DNA from: Squalus acanthias
Lineage: Eukaryota
Direction: 5' to 3'
Length of the DNA: 64,000 bases
Assembly (NCBI GenBank): GCA_030390025.1
Contig: CM059432.1
Location: 46,254,001-46,318,000 of the forward strand
The notes beneath the pieces were generated by a model. That model was given only the letters and a program-made list of their open reading frames with translations. It made no database searches and was not told where the DNA came from. Position numbers and translations under genes: made by a program. Below, piece after piece: positions 1 to 12,850 of this stretch (positions are counted from its first letter, which is position 1; the number at the start of each line of letters is the position of its first letter).

Positions 1-917
1 AACATGGCATCAGTCACCTGGGTGATGCATTTGCATGCAGCCAACTACGAGATCCTGCAAATGTCTGGTGCAGATGCCTGGAAGGAGCCTGAGATGAAGA
101 AGTTGAGGGTGGTGGTGACTTTGACAGCCATGAACTGATGCAATAGCCTGAGCCTCCTCAGGCACTGCTGTTCAGTCATGTCGAGGAAGCTCACCCTCTG
201 CCTATATACCCTGTTTGGGGGTATCACCTCCGGCGCGGTGCATATCCCCTCTCTCCTGTGGAGCCGTAGTTCGGTGAGGAAAAGGCTGCTGCTGCTGTTG
301 CTGCTGGTGTCGCTGATGCTGTTGGTGCTGGGACTCATCTTGGTCCGAATCTTAGGTCCAAGGTGAAACAGCATAAGTGGCACCCATGCTGATCTGATAG
401 GTGCCAGGTAAATTGGAGATCAGAGGCACAATTCTCCAATGTATTGAGAGTGACTTCCAATGTAGTGAGAGTGGCTTCCGAAGTTGTAGTAATCACCTAC
501 AAACTCCTGAAAGCAAATTCTTAGCACAAATGGTGTCAGCAAGAGCTTTTTCCGTTAGGCAAGGAAGCAGGTGTGAGGTGTGAGTATTTATGTGATTTTT
601 TTCAACTGTCAATTGTTCAACTCACATAATGGCTGCTCAGCTCTCACCTTGCTTTCACAGGCAAGGTTCAGGAAGCCTGTGAATCCCGTGGGCAGCCAGT
701 AAAAGCTGCAACACCAGCTTAGAAAGGCTGATAATAGCCTGTTAACGAGCTCTCAAATACTTTAATTAGGTTGTCTGCCTTTCCCGAGCAGGTCTCTGGC
801 GCGCTGACTAACGCGCCCGAGTAAAAGGCGGCTTCCCGACACGCTGTCAATTTCAGCCTTTTTAAGTGCCCACCTGCTCGCAAACCCGCACTCTCTTCAA
901 AGTGAAAACTCCGGCCC
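1..917 (-). mobile_element. PIF/Harbinger transposon end with decayed 5' part of transposase (runs off the left edge)
   Basis: ORF 45..383(-) has PNRVYRQRVSFLDMTEQQCLRRLRL and AVKVTTTLNFFISGSFQ, matching the transposases at 5864-7115 and 59217-60505. A TIR-like end GGGCCGGAGTTTTCACT lies on the minus strand at 901-917. Confidence 0.75.
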
Positions 918-2138
918 TGCTCTCTGGCATTCTGTCCTTTTTCTTTTCTCTCTTTATGCCTCTCCTGCAGTTTTTGATTGCGGTGTTTTCAAATATCTAT
1001 CTAATTCTTCATGTAATTCTTTCCTTCCCTGTGTCTCCTCTTTCTGCTGTAAGTTTCCCAATCGCTCTGCATAGCTCTTACACATGTTCCTTAACTGATG
1101 TACAACATTCTTATTTCCTGCCATTTTTGAAGTAAAGAGTGCAAAGGATAATAGTGGTCAATGTGTGCCGAGTTGAAGATAAGTGCCGGGATCAACTGGC
1201 AGAAGTTGTCAATAAGCTGCTACAAAATGCATGTGTGAGAAGAAAGTGGGATTGAAGGCTCAGGAAAACTGGGGCCTTGGAGGAAGCTGGTGTGGGCTGG
1301 AACATGCAAATGGAACGGAGGCTTGGAAGCATTCAGGGAGGCACAGCCAGCACTGGGGGAATAGATGGAGCCTTGAAATACACAAGATGAAGGACCAAGG
1401 GCTATAGTATAGGCCCAATGAGCATTTGGTGGGCTGAGGTTTTGAGAGCACAGAGAGGGTCTGGTTTCCGGCTGGGGTTTTGAGAGCATAGAGTGGTATT
1501 AGTTTTTGGCATGGGTTTGCAAACACAAAGAGGTGCTGGTGTCTGAAAGCACATGAGGGTGACTGGGCCTTGATTGGTCAGACCAGGCCTCTCTTCTGCA
1601 GTCAGAAGAGAGGCTAGCAGTATTTTGGGCAGGGAAAAGACTGTCTATACCAGGAGCAGATGTTGATGCTGCACTGTTGGTAGGAGTCTGTGGATACTGG
1701 GCAAACAAGCAACACCTACAAGCACCAGGAACAGGCAGAGCATTTCCGAACAGTGGGAGGAATTTACTGGAGCCCTTCCAGGAGTGGACTTGCATGTGCA
1801 AACTAACAATGCAGGGCATTGACAGCCAAAGCATGCCTAGTGGCTCCAAAAAAGACATTTGAGGACACTGATGTCACACATGTATGGGACCATCGGAAAC
1901 CACCATGGGAAGGCCCAGGTAATAAGAAATGGCAGCTCGAGGTACTAAGCAATGTGTAAGGCCAAGGCTCTTGTGAGCACGGAAGCCCTTCAACAAGAAC
2001 GTTGTTGGATTGATTTGTAACAGACAATATGTAATTTAAATTTTTCATGTGTTTATTATATTATTTTATTTTAAGGGTTTATAGTGGAAAAGGCACATAG
2101 CTGCTCAAAGACATTTAAAAAAAAACACTGGGATTTGA

Positions 2139-3299
2139 GCTATCGACAAACATCCACTATAAGCCCACTGACTCCCACAGCTATCTGGACTACACTTCCT
2201 CCCACCCCGCTTCCTGTAAGGACTCTATTCCATTCTCCCAGTTTCTCTGTCTCCGCCACATCTGTTCTGACAATGCCACCTTCCATAGTAATGCTTCCGA
2301 TATGTCTTCCTTTTTCCTCAACCGAGGATTCCCCTCTACCGTGGTTGACACGGCCCTTGACCGTGTCCGTTCCATTTCCCACACTTCTGCTCTCACCCCT
2401 TCCCCTCCCTCCCAGAACCATGATAGGGTTCCCCTTGTCCTCACCTTTCACCCTACCAGCCTACACATTCAACGGATCATCCTCTTCCATTTCCGCCACC
2501 TCCAACGTGATCCCACCACCAAACACATCTTCCCCTCACCTCTCCTTTCAGACACCCTGGTCCACTCCTCAATCATTCCCAAAACCCCTTTCCTTTCCCA
2601 CAGCACCTTCCTGTGCAAGCGCAGGAGATGCAACACCTGCCCTTTTACCTCCTCCCTTCCCACTGTCCAGGGCCCCAAACACTCCTTCCAGGTGAAACAG
2701 CGATTTAATTGTACTTCTTGCAATTTAGTATACTGTATTCGCTGCTCACGATGCGGTCTCCTCTACATTGAGGAGACCAAACGCAGATTGGGTGACCATT
2801 TTGGAACACCTCCGTTCAATCCGTAAGCGTGACCCCGAGCTCCCGGTCACTTGTCACTTTAATTCTCCGCTCCACTTCCACTCTGACCTCTCTGTCCTCG
2901 GTGTCTTACACTGTTCCAATGAAGATCAACATAAGCTCAAAGAACAGCACCTCATCTTTCGATTAGGCACTTTACAGCCATCTGGACTCAACATCGAGTT
3001 CAACAATTTCAGACCATAACCTCTGCCCCCATTTTTTCAGGCGACAGCAGTTGATGATTCTGCCATCCCCATTTGCAACATTTAATCTCTCCTGTCTTCC
3101 ACTCTATCACAGGCCATCCCTTTTGTTATTTCCTCCCCTCCCCTCCTTTTTCCTGCCTCTGCACCTGCTTAAATTCTGTTATATCTCTAACTTTTTCCAA
3201 TTCTGATGAAGGGTCACAGACCTGAAATGTTAACTCTGTTTCTCTCTCCACGGATGCTGCTTGACCTGCTGAGTATTTCCAGCATTTTCTGTTGTTATT
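2139..3299 (+). mobile_element. 5'-truncated Penelope-like retroelement (end of RT, GIY-YIG endonuclease, 3' pseudo-LTR)
   Basis: ORFs 2302..2826 and 2768..3019 contain NLVYCIRCSRCGLLYIEET and LGTLQPSGLNIEF. A 12-bp TSD ACTGGGATTTGA sits at 2127-2138 and 3300-3311. Confidence 0.9.
3199..3235 (+). ncRNA. minimal type I hammerhead ribozyme motif (decayed) in Penelope 3' region
   Basis: AATT-CTGATGA-A-GGGTC(ACA)GACCT-GAAA-TG-TT-AACT: both core boxes and stem II are present. Stem I has one mismatch and the loop-3 palindrome is imperfect. Confidence 0.7.
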
Positions 3300-3673
3300 A
3301 CTGGGATTTGATTGGTTGTTATTAGTTGTTCATCAATTTCTTTTTTTGTGAATGGAAATTTTTTACAAAGGGATTCCAATTTTTTTTAGACATAGGGCTG
3401 GATTTTGTCATTGGGGCGGGCTAGGGCGTGTCAGGTGGTTGTTGTGTCCGGATCCCACCTCCGATGTGAGGCAGGACAAATGAGCCATTTTGCCCTAATT
3501 GGGCAATTGATTTCCAATGTGTGGGAACCTCTGGCCCAATGAGTCTTTTGGTCCTGAAACTTGCCTCTGATGACATCATCTATGCAGCTGCATTTAAGGC
3601 CTGCAAGCAGCCTTGGTTCTTTTTCAGCCTTACAACTTTTGCTATTTACTTCTGAGGGATTCGTGCAAAATCC

Positions 3674-5607
3674 ATGTCAGGCACCAGACCAAAGTGTGCA
3701 CCCCGCTTCGATGAGAACTCCCTGCAAGCTCTGGTGGAGGGAGCAAGAGCAAATAAGGGAGGAAAAAGCCTCCACAACAGACCAAAGCTGTGTGGCTGCA
3801 AGTGGCACAGGAGGTGAATGCCATATCAATGTGCAGCAGAACCTGGCTGCAGTGCAGAAAGAGGTTTCATGACCTTCTGCGCACAGGAAAAGTGAGTATT
3901 CCATCCCCATGACCATCAATCTGATCCCCATCGCCTCTCATCACCAGCACTCTGCTTTGTCAACCTCCTCCTCCACATCCCACTTGACCCTTACATCCCT
4001 GCACCCTTAACCATTCCCTCTCTCTGTATGTTCACATTCACTAAAACATTCGACTATGCAGCCCTCACACTCCCTATCACTGTGATGCAATGACAACAAC
4101 TTACAACACACAGGGAGGGCCCTTGGTCTTGGCACCTCACTCCATCTTTGTCTCCTTCTAAGCATCTATGCTATGGATTCTCCACACTCACTCCTTCATT
4201 CTCACTCAAACTCCACTTGTGTCCCTCATTGCAGGAAAAGAGAGCCCACAATCAGAGGGAGAGGGCGAGGACAGGAGGAGGGCCACCCTCAATAGCCCAG
4301 CTCACCACTGCAGAGGAAGCGTCCCTGGAGATCGTGGGAGTCGGGGAGGATGCGCAAGTAGGGGACGGACAGACAGGCGCATCAGAGCAAGCTGGTGACA
4401 GAATAGTTTTTCATCTCTCTCATTGACATTGCATGAGTGACTGATATTGATTCTAATGCTCTAACAGATTGACTTATGATCATCTACACAATTCAATGTG
4501 CATGCAACGCTTATCTCACATGTCTAACTCTTTCCTTTACTCCCCCACAGGACCATCAACAGCCCCCCTCCCCACTGTCCAGGAGGAACAGCCTGAGCAC
4601 CCAGACTCCACAGAGGAAGCTGCAACCTCTGAGGGTGCAGCGTCAGCAGAATTAAGCACACCCAGCACCAGCGCAGACACTCACACCTCGGTGGGACCTT
4701 CGGGAGATGGTGGAGACAGGAACAGCAGTGGAGAATCCTCGTCAGAGGGCGCAGGACTCTCCCAGCTCGGCTCCGCTGCATGTCGACCCTGTGCCTCCGG
4801 GTCCATCCAGAAGGAGAGCAGTGCTGGAACTCCAGGAACAGGTGCAGGAGTCTCTGGCAGGTCTTGTCTCCAGGGTCGCTGCGAGTGTGGAGTGAATGGA
4901 GGAGTCCATCGCTAACATGAGCAGGGCCTTTATGGAGGCGTTGGCACATGAATGCATCACCACGGAAAGGATGGCAACCTCCGTGGAAAGGATAGCTACC
5001 TCCGTGGTAAGGCTGGCTACCGAAGAGGAGAGGATGGCTACGGTAGAGGAGAGGATAGCTACGGCCATGGAGGAGCTTAGTCGCCAGGGTCTTGAAAACA
5101 TGGTCATTGTTCAGAATAGACTGACATCTCTTGAGGAGCAATGGTCAGCTATTGAGCAGAGAAACCTGACCTTCATGGAAGTCCTCTGGAGTAGGACTTC
5201 CAGTGCAGAAACGGGTCCTCATGGCCCCCCTGAAGTGCAGCAAGGTGCTGTCAAGCCACTTGCTAGCTCTGAAGTGGGGCTGAACCATGAGAGGGATGTT
5301 GGGTGGCAGAGAACAATGAAGTGGGGGCTCCTCTCCAAGCGCTCACACGACCATGCCACTCCAGAGCCCTCGGTCAGAGCCCCACCAGAGTCCGGACCCA
5401 ACTGAGATCGGCGTCTCAACCCCTGCACAGCCGCAGGAGCAGCAGACTGTTGCCGAGCCCTCACAGGCTCGCAACCGCAGAGGACGCACGCCAAAGGTGT
5501 CGAGGCAGGAGCAGCAAGAAAGTGAGCAAGGGGCCTCCACATCTGCTGAAGCCACAGGGGAAGCACCACATAGGAGCATGCGTAAGAGGAAGATAAAGCA
5601 CAAGTAG
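3674..5607 (+). pseudogene. Harbinger Myb/SANT-like DNA-binding protein gene, 3 exons, frameshifted
   Basis: Exon 1 3674-3891 (APRFDENSLQALVEG...WLQVAQEV...RTWLQCRKRFHDL, then GTGAGT); exon 2 4235-4394 (EKRAHNQRERARTGGG); exon 3 from 4551 with heptad repeats and a basic C-terminus (RKRKIKHK). Confidence 0.8.
4965..5075 (+). repeat. 21-bp tandem repeat encoding coiled-coil heptads
   Basis: ERMATSV-ERIATSV-VRLATEE-ERMATVE-ERIATAM in ORF 4896..5405. Confidence 0.75.
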
Positions 5608-5863
5608 TCACAAGGGTAGTCACTTGGTTGTTCTGTTATGTTTATTTTTGAAAAGCTATCCGTGACTTTGTGATAAAAAAACTTGATGGCAAACTGTTGA
5701 CGTTGTGGCCTGTGTCATTTCGCAAATGGGACTTCCACATTGAGGGTTTAGGGCAACTTGCAATTGTCAGTATGGTGGTCAAAGTGATAGGAATCCGTAG
5801 GTTCCTGGCCATTGTCGATGCTCTGGCAAGAAGGTGCGAGGCAAAAGTGTTTGATTGGGCAGG

Positions 5864-7115
5864 CTAAGCAAATCTGGCCAAGATGAGTGCGTCCCCTGCA
5901 TCCCGGGCAGCAATGTGCTCACGTGCTGCTGCCGCTGGTTGATGCGCCTCTGCAAGCTGTTCGTTGTCACACTCCTCCTCCTCCTCCTCCTCGTCCTCAT
6001 CTGAGGAGGCTATGCGATGAGCCACTTGTACCTCAGGCAGCTGCAAGTCACGATGCTGTGCCATGTTGTAAAGTGCACAGCAGACCACGACGATTCTGGA
6101 GACCCTGGCTGCTGAGTACTGCAGGGCTCCACCTGATCTATCTAGGCATCTGAATCGCATCTTCAGCAAGCCGATGCTTTGCTCGATTATGGATCTGGTG
6201 GAAATGTGGCTGGAGTTGTAGCGCTCCTCAGCTTCATTGGATGGGCTCCTCAACGACGTCATTAGCCAGGTCTTCAGGGGCTAGCCCTTGTCTCCAAGTA
6301 GCCATCCGCAAAGTTGGTCTGGCAGACTGAAGAGCAGAAGCACACTAGACTGCCGCAGGATGAAGGAGTCATGGCAACTGCCAGGGTACTTGGCGCAAAC
6401 ATGCAAAATTTCCTTCTTGTGGTCACACACCAGCTGCACGTTGAGGGAGTGGAAGCCCTTGCGGTTGATAAAAATACCTGGATTGTGATGGGGTGACTTA
6501 AGGGCCACATGTGTGCAGTCAATGACGCCCTGCACCCTTGGAAAGCCTGCCAGATTAGCAAATCCAACTGCATGCGCGGTTACACTTGCTTGATCCTTGG
6601 AGAAGTTGATGTAATTGTGCGCATTGGCAAAGAGGGCATCGGTTACCTGCGTGATGCAAGTGTGTGCGGCCGCCTGGGAGATGCCGCTGATGTCTGCTGC
6701 TGATCCCTGGAATGAGCCTGAGGCAAAACAGTTGAGTGCGGGTGGTGACTTTGACGGCCACTGGTAAGGGGTGTCCACCCGCTCCTCTGGGCTCCAGGTC
6801 TTGCTGCAGCATTGCGCAGATGTCACCCACTACCTCTCGCGAAAGTCTGAGCCTCCTTTGGCACTGCTGCTCAGTCATGTTGAGGTAGCTCATCCTCTAT
6901 CTATAAACCCTGTTTTGGGGGTATCTCCTGCAGCGACTTGCTGCCATGCGGTGGCGCCTTCTGGCCTGTGCAGCTTCAGGTGGGTGAGCAGCAGCTTGGC
7001 GCTCCTGTTGTTGCTCCTGCTGTTGGTGCTGCTGTTGTTCCGGGTGCTGCTGCTGCCGCGGCTGGTCTTCATCCGAATCTGATATCCAAGAGGAAAGGAA
7101 ATAAATGGTTCCCAT
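5864..7115 (-). pseudogene. Harbinger (HARBI1-like) DDE transposase, frameshifted
   Basis: The coding sequence is spread over ORFs 6897..7115, 6281..6826 and 5864..6262, with motifs [35 protein letters not shown] and IIEQSIGLLKMRFRCLD. Confidence 0.9.
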
Positions 7116-8194
7116 GCTTCTGGTATATACCTCAGTTGAGGAAGCGCTCAGTCAAGGTGGGGAGAGGGGTTTACCAGGAGGTCATACTGGACATGGGTCT
7201 CAGGCTTCAAACATTCCACAACAATGAGTAGGCCTGCTAAAAGTTCCCCAGACCTGAGACAACAAAGTTCTGCCACCTGCAAATGATCATTGCTGAAAAC
7301 TCCTTTTTAATCGTGCAGCTGCAGCTGTTAGTAAGCAATCCACTTGTGAGGCCGCCAGGATTAACTGGCGTGTTCCAGAGGAGACGTGCAGCATGTGGGA
7401 AATGTATTAAATTCACAAAGGCCTCTCAAAATGGGATTATAGAGGCACTTAACTGGTTGTTAAGGGCCTTAAGGGTCTATCCCACCTCTTGGAGGCGGGA
7501 TGGAAAAGGGGTCTGAAACCCCGATTTTGGGAAAATTGCTCAGAGGTGGGCTGGAGGCGGGATCGGATCCGCCCGCCATTTTTTGCGATTTTAACACCTC
7601 ACCTCACACGCCTCCAAACCTGCCTCCTTGGGCCTGCCAAAATTGACCCCACAGTGACCTACAAAATTGCCCTATTTTGGGCATGGAATTAGTGCTAAAG
7701 GGGCAGAGAGAAGAATTTGGGATAGAAACTATTTATATTGGGCTCCCACCCTTTCTGGGCACGCTGAGAAATTCAGACATGGGGTTGTGCTTCTTCTGTC
7801 CATATTTCCCTTCCCCGCCCACCCCACCGCACCCCCCTCCCCCCCCCCCCCCCCCCCCCAGTTATGACTCACATTTGGATAACGGGCTCTTCCAGGCAGC
7901 CAGTGGTAAATATAGCTGCGAGGGCCTCGCAATAGCAATCGATCTCGTAGAGAACCATTGCCATTAGGGAAGTGACACATGGACAATAGATCAGCCAGCA
8001 TTTAAAATTTTTGGCTTTGAACACTTAGGCCAGACCAGCTCCTCCCCGAAAAAGTGGAAAGATGCCACTCCAGAATAACGCTCCAAGTTCCCAGATTTAC
8101 AGGAGGAGTGCCCCGGAAGGCCACAAATCTTTGCCCCTGCCCTGACCCAGAGTCAGCCCCAAGCACTCACAGGTCATCTATATGGTTGAGAGTA

Positions 8195-10850
8195 GTTATG
8201 GAAAAGGACAAGGAAAAATCAAGTATAAAAATACTGAACGGGAGGAGAGCTAATTTCAGTGAGTTGACAAGGGAACTGGCCCGGGTGGATAGGAATCAAA
8301 GATTGGCAGCAAATGACAATGGGAGGCCTTCAAAGAGGAAATCGTTTGGCTGCAGACTAGACACATTCGCATGAGGGAGAAAGGAAGGGAATCCAAAGCT
8401 AGAGCCCTCTGGTTGACTAAAGGTATAATGATTAAAATTAAACAGAAAAAGAAGGCTTATGATAAATGTCAAGATTGTAATTCAGTAGAGAACCAAGCTG
8501 AATACAAAAATACAGAGGAGAACTGAAAACGGAAATAAGAGGGGCAAAGAAAGTGTATGAGAATAGATTAGCGGGTAAAATAACAGGGAACCTAAAAGTC
8601 TTTTATAAACACATAAATAGTAAAAAGGTAGTCAAACGAAGGGTGGGGCCGATTAGGGACCAAAAATGAGATCCTCTTGTGAAGGCAGAGGGCATGGCTG
8701 AGATACTTAAATGAGTACCTTGCAGCTATCTTCATAAAGAAGAGGATTCTACCAATGTCATAATAAAGGAGGAGATTATAGAGAAATTGGGTAAGATAAA
8801 AATAGATGAAGAGGCGGTATTTAAAAAGTTGGCAGCACTCAAAGTAGAAAAGTCATCTGGTCTGGATGGGTTGCATCCTAGGTTGCTCAAGGAAGTGAGG
8901 GTGGAAATTGCGGAGACTCTGGCCAAAAGCTTCCAATGCTGCTTAGTTATGGGACTGGTGCTAGAAGACTGGAGGATTGCAAATATTACATCTCTGTTCA
9001 AAAAGGAGGAGAGGCATAAACCCGGCAACTACAGAGCATGCAACGGGTTAAGTGAGTGGGCAGTAAGGTGGCAGCTGGAGTATAATGTGGGGAAATGTGA
9101 GGTTATTCACTTTGGTAGGAAGAATAGAAAAACAGAATATTTTTTAAATGGTGAGAAACTATTAAATGTTTCTAAACAGAGAATCTTTCCAAAGAGAGAT
9201 TTAGGTGTCCTCATACAGGAAACACAAAAAGTTAGCATGCAGGTACAGCAAGCAATTAGGAAGGCAAATGGCATGTTGGCCTTTATTTCAAGGGGGTTGG
9301 AGTACAAGAGTAAGGAAGATTTACTACAATTGTACAGGGCTTTGGTGAGACCACACCTGGAGTACTGTTCACAGTTTTGGTCTCTTTATCTGAGGAAGGA
9401 CATACTTGCCTTGGATGCAGTGTAATGAAGGTTTACTAGATTGATCCCTGGGATGAGAGGGTTGTCCTATGAGGAGAGATTGAGTAGATTGGGCCTATAC
9501 TCTCTGGAGTTTAGAAGAATGAGAGGTGATCTCATTGAAACATGTAAAATTCTGAGGGGGATTGACAGGGTAGATGCTGAGAGGTTGTTTCCTCTGGTTG
9601 GAGAATCTAGGACTAGGGGGCATAGTCTCAGGCTAAGGGGTTGGCCATTTAAGACTGATGTGAGGAGGAAATTCTTCACTCAGAGGGTTATGAATCTTTG
9701 GAATTCTCTGCCCCAAAGTGCTGTGGATGCTGAATTGTTGAGTATATTCAAGGCTGAGATAGATAGATTTTTGGACTCATGGGGAATCAAGGGATATGGA
9801 GATAAGGCAGGAAAGTGGAGTTGAGGTTGAAGATCAGCCATGATCTTATTGAATGGCGGAGCAGGCTTGAGGGACCGTATGGCCTACTCCTGCTCCTAAT
9901 TCTTATGTTCTTATACAGGGCATAATTTCAAAGTTTGCAGATGACATGATACTCAGAAATGTAATAAACAGTGAGGAGGATAGTAACAGACTCCAGCAGG
10001 ACATAGACAGACTGGTGAAATGGGCAGACAAATGGCAGATGAAATTTAATGCAGACAAGTGTGAAGTGATATATTTTGGAAGGAAGAATGAGGAGAGGCA
10101 ATGTTAACTGATGGTACAATTTTAAAGGGGATGCAGGAACAGAGAGACCTGAGGGTCTACATACACAAGTCTTTGACAGGGGCAGAACAAGTGGAGAGGC
10201 TGTTAAAAATGCATACGGGATCCTTGGCTTTATCAATAGAGGTGTGGAATACAAAGCAAGGAAGTTATGCTAAACCTTTATAAAACACTGATTAGGTCCC
10301 AGCTGGAGTATTGTGTTCAATTCTGGGCACCACACTTTAGGAAGGATGTCAAGGCTTTAGAGATAGTGCAAAGGCGATTTATTAGAATGGAGCCAGGGAT
10401 GAAAAACTTCAGTTACAAGAAGAGACTAGAGAAACTGGGGTTGTTCTCCTTGGAGCAGAGAAGGTTAAGAGGAGATTTGATAAGAGGTGTTCAAAATCAT
10501 GAAGGGTTTTGATAGAGTAAGTCAGGAGAAACTGTTTCCAGTGGCAGAGGATCGGTAACCACAGGACACAGATTTAAGGTAATTGGCAAAAGAACCAGAG
10601 GTGATATGAGGATTTTTTTTTGATGCAGCGAGTTGTTATGATCTGGAATGCATTGCCTGAAAGGGTGGTGGAATCAGATTCAATAGTAACTTTCAAAAAG
10701 GAATTCGATAAATACTTGAACAGGGAAAATTTGCATGGCAATGGGAAATGAGCAGGGGAGTGGGACTAATTGGATAGCTCTTTCAAAAAGCTGGCACAGG
10801 TACAATGGGCCAAATGGCCTCCTTTTGTGCTATTTAATTCCATTATTCTA
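8195..10850 (+). mobile_element. decayed CR1 LINE ORF2 fragments (composite)
   Basis: KSSGLDGLHPRLLKE, PGNYR, KFADD and RSQLEYCVQFWAPH motifs, with many frameshifts. A CR1-type 3' UTR lies near 10760-10850. Confidence 0.8.
9040..9912 (+). mobile_element. 5'-truncated CR1 3' fragment nested in older CR1 sequence
   Basis: RPHLEYCSQFW...RRMRGDLIE...FFTQRVMNLWNSLP, followed by a 3' stem-loop and a (TTCTTATG)-type tail. Confidence 0.85.
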
Positions 10851-11122
10851 TGATACATTGATATGCACCGGAAAGGTAATTGTAAATAATCAATATTCAT
10901 TCTAATCCCTCTACTTTGCTCCTGTAAGGCCTGGCTCTAATTTTTAGACTATGTCCCCTAGTCCTAGACTCTCCAACCAGCAGAAATATCTATCTACCCG
11001 ATCAGTTCCCCTTAATATCTTGAAAACTTTGATTAAATCACCTCTTAATGTGACGTCAATTGTTAATTTTAAATATGGGATTGATAGACAATAGATTGTT
11101 AACCAAAGATATAAATGGACAT

Positions 11123-11430
11123 GGGGCAACATGGTGGCATAGTGGTTAGCACTGTTGCCTCACAGCGCCAGGGACCCGGGTTCGAATCCGGCCCTGGGTG
11201 ACTGTCTGTGTGGAGTTTGCACATTCTCCCCGTGTCTGCGTGGGTTTCCTCCGGGTGCTTCGGTTTCCTCCCACAGTCGGGTTAGGTTGATTTGGCTATG
11301 ATAAATTGACCCTTAGTATTAGGGGGATTAAATATGTGGGGTTACGGGGATAGGGTGGGATATGTGTCGGTGCAGGCTCGATGGGCCGAAATGGCCTCTA
11401 TCTGCACTGTGGGGCTTCTGTGATTCTGTG
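11123..11430 (+). mobile_element. tRNA-derived V-SINE (HE1-like)
   Basis: A box TGGCATAGTGG, B box GGTTCGAATCC, V-domain-like TGTGGAGTTTGCACATTCTCCCCGTGTCTGCGTGGGTTTCCTCCGGGTG, and a CR1-like 3' tail. Confidence 0.85.
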
Positions 11431-12056
11431 ATCAGCCATGATCTCATTGAATGGTGGAACAGGCTTGAGCAGCTAAATGGCCTACTCCTGTTCCTATGTG
11501 CCTTCTAAATTCCAGGGAATACAACCCTAATTTGTGCAATCTCTCCTTGTAATTTAACCCTTGAAGTCCAGATATCATTCTGGTAAATCTACGCTGCACT
11601 CCCTCCAAGGCCAATATATCCTTCCTAAGGTGTGGTATCCAGAACTGCTCACAATACTCCAGGTGTGGTCGAACCAGGGTTTTGTATAGCTGTAGCATAA
11701 CTTCTACCCCCTTGTATTCTAGTCCGCTAGATATAAAGGCCAGCATTCCATTAGCCTTTTTCTGTACCTGTCCATGACATTATAATGATCTATGTACCTG
11801 GACCCCCGAGTCTCTTTGGACATCCACTGTTTTTAGCTTTTCACCATTTAGAAAGTACCCTGTTCTATCCTTTTGGGGTCCAAAGTGGATGACCTCACAT
11901 TTGCCTTCATTGTAATCCATTTGCCACAGTTTTGCCCATTCACTTAATCTATTAATATCTCTGTAATTTTATGCTTCCAACTACACTGCTTACAATGCCA
12001 TATTTCTTTGCGTCATCGGCAAACTTGGATCTGTGGCTTTCTATCCCATCATCTAA

Positions 12057-12850
12057 GTAACATTCACACCACACATGTGCCAGGCAATGATTATCGCCAA
12101 CAAGTGATAGTCTAACCACCTCCCCTTGACATTCAAGCCATTACCATCGCCGAATCCCCCACCATTAACATCCTGGGGGTCACCATTGACCAGAAACTTA
12201 ACTAGACCAGCCACATAAATACTGTGGCAAGAAGAGCAGGTCAGAGGCTTGGTATTCTGCGGCGAGTGTCTCACCTCGTGACTCCCCAAAGTCTTTCCAC
12301 CATCTACAGGGTATAAGTCAGGAGTGTGATGGAATATTCTCCACTTGCCTGGATGAGTGCAGCTCCAACAACATCAAGAAGCTCGGCACCATCAGGACAA
12401 AGTAGCCTGCTTGATTGGCACCACATCCACCACCTTAAACATTCAATCCCTCCACCACCGGCGCACCGTGGCTGCAGTGTGTACCATCTACAAGATGCAC
12501 TGCAGCAACTCGCCAAGGCTTCTTTGACAGCACCTCCCAAACCCTCGACCTCTACAACCTAGAAGGACAAGTGTAGTAGGTGCATTGGAACACCATCACC
12601 TCCAAGTTCCCCTCCAAGTTACACACCATTCTGACTTGGAAATATATCACCATTCCTTCATCGTCGCTGGGTCAAAATCCTTGAAATCCATTGCTAACAG
12701 CACTGTGGAAGTACCTTCACCACACGGACTGCAGTGGTTCAAGAAGGCGGCTCAACACCACCTACTCAAGGGAAATTAGGGATGGTTAATAAATGCTGGC
12801 CTTGACAGTGACGCCCACATCCCAGGAACGAATTAAAAAACAAAAATAAA
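12057..12850 (+). mobile_element. 3' fragment of an L2/CR1-group LINE distinct from the main CR1 family
   Basis: Decayed ILGVTIDQKLN, VRSVMEYSPLAWMSAAPTT; ends in GACGCCCACATCCC...GAATTAAAAAA. Same family as 62221-62560. Confidence 0.75.

Larger units (their letters stand above)
3395..7650. mobile_element. full-length decayed PIF/Harbinger transposon (family A)
   Basis: Imperfect TIRs GGGCTGGATTTTG / GGGGTCAATTTTG with flanks ATA and ACA. It carries convergent Myb/SANT-like (+) and DDE transposase (-) genes. Confidence 0.85.

Noticed and set aside
1200..1960. Cluster of short overlapping ORFs
   Set aside because: No recognisable motif or splice structure; probably an old repeat that I cannot assign.
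7815..7859. Poly-C tract giving proline-rich ORFs
   Set aside because: Low-complexity homopolymer; the ORFs have no recognisable domain.
11123..11200. tRNA genes (also 14791, 46760, 56996)
   Set aside because: The A/B boxes run directly into SINE bodies; these are tRNA-derived SINE heads.
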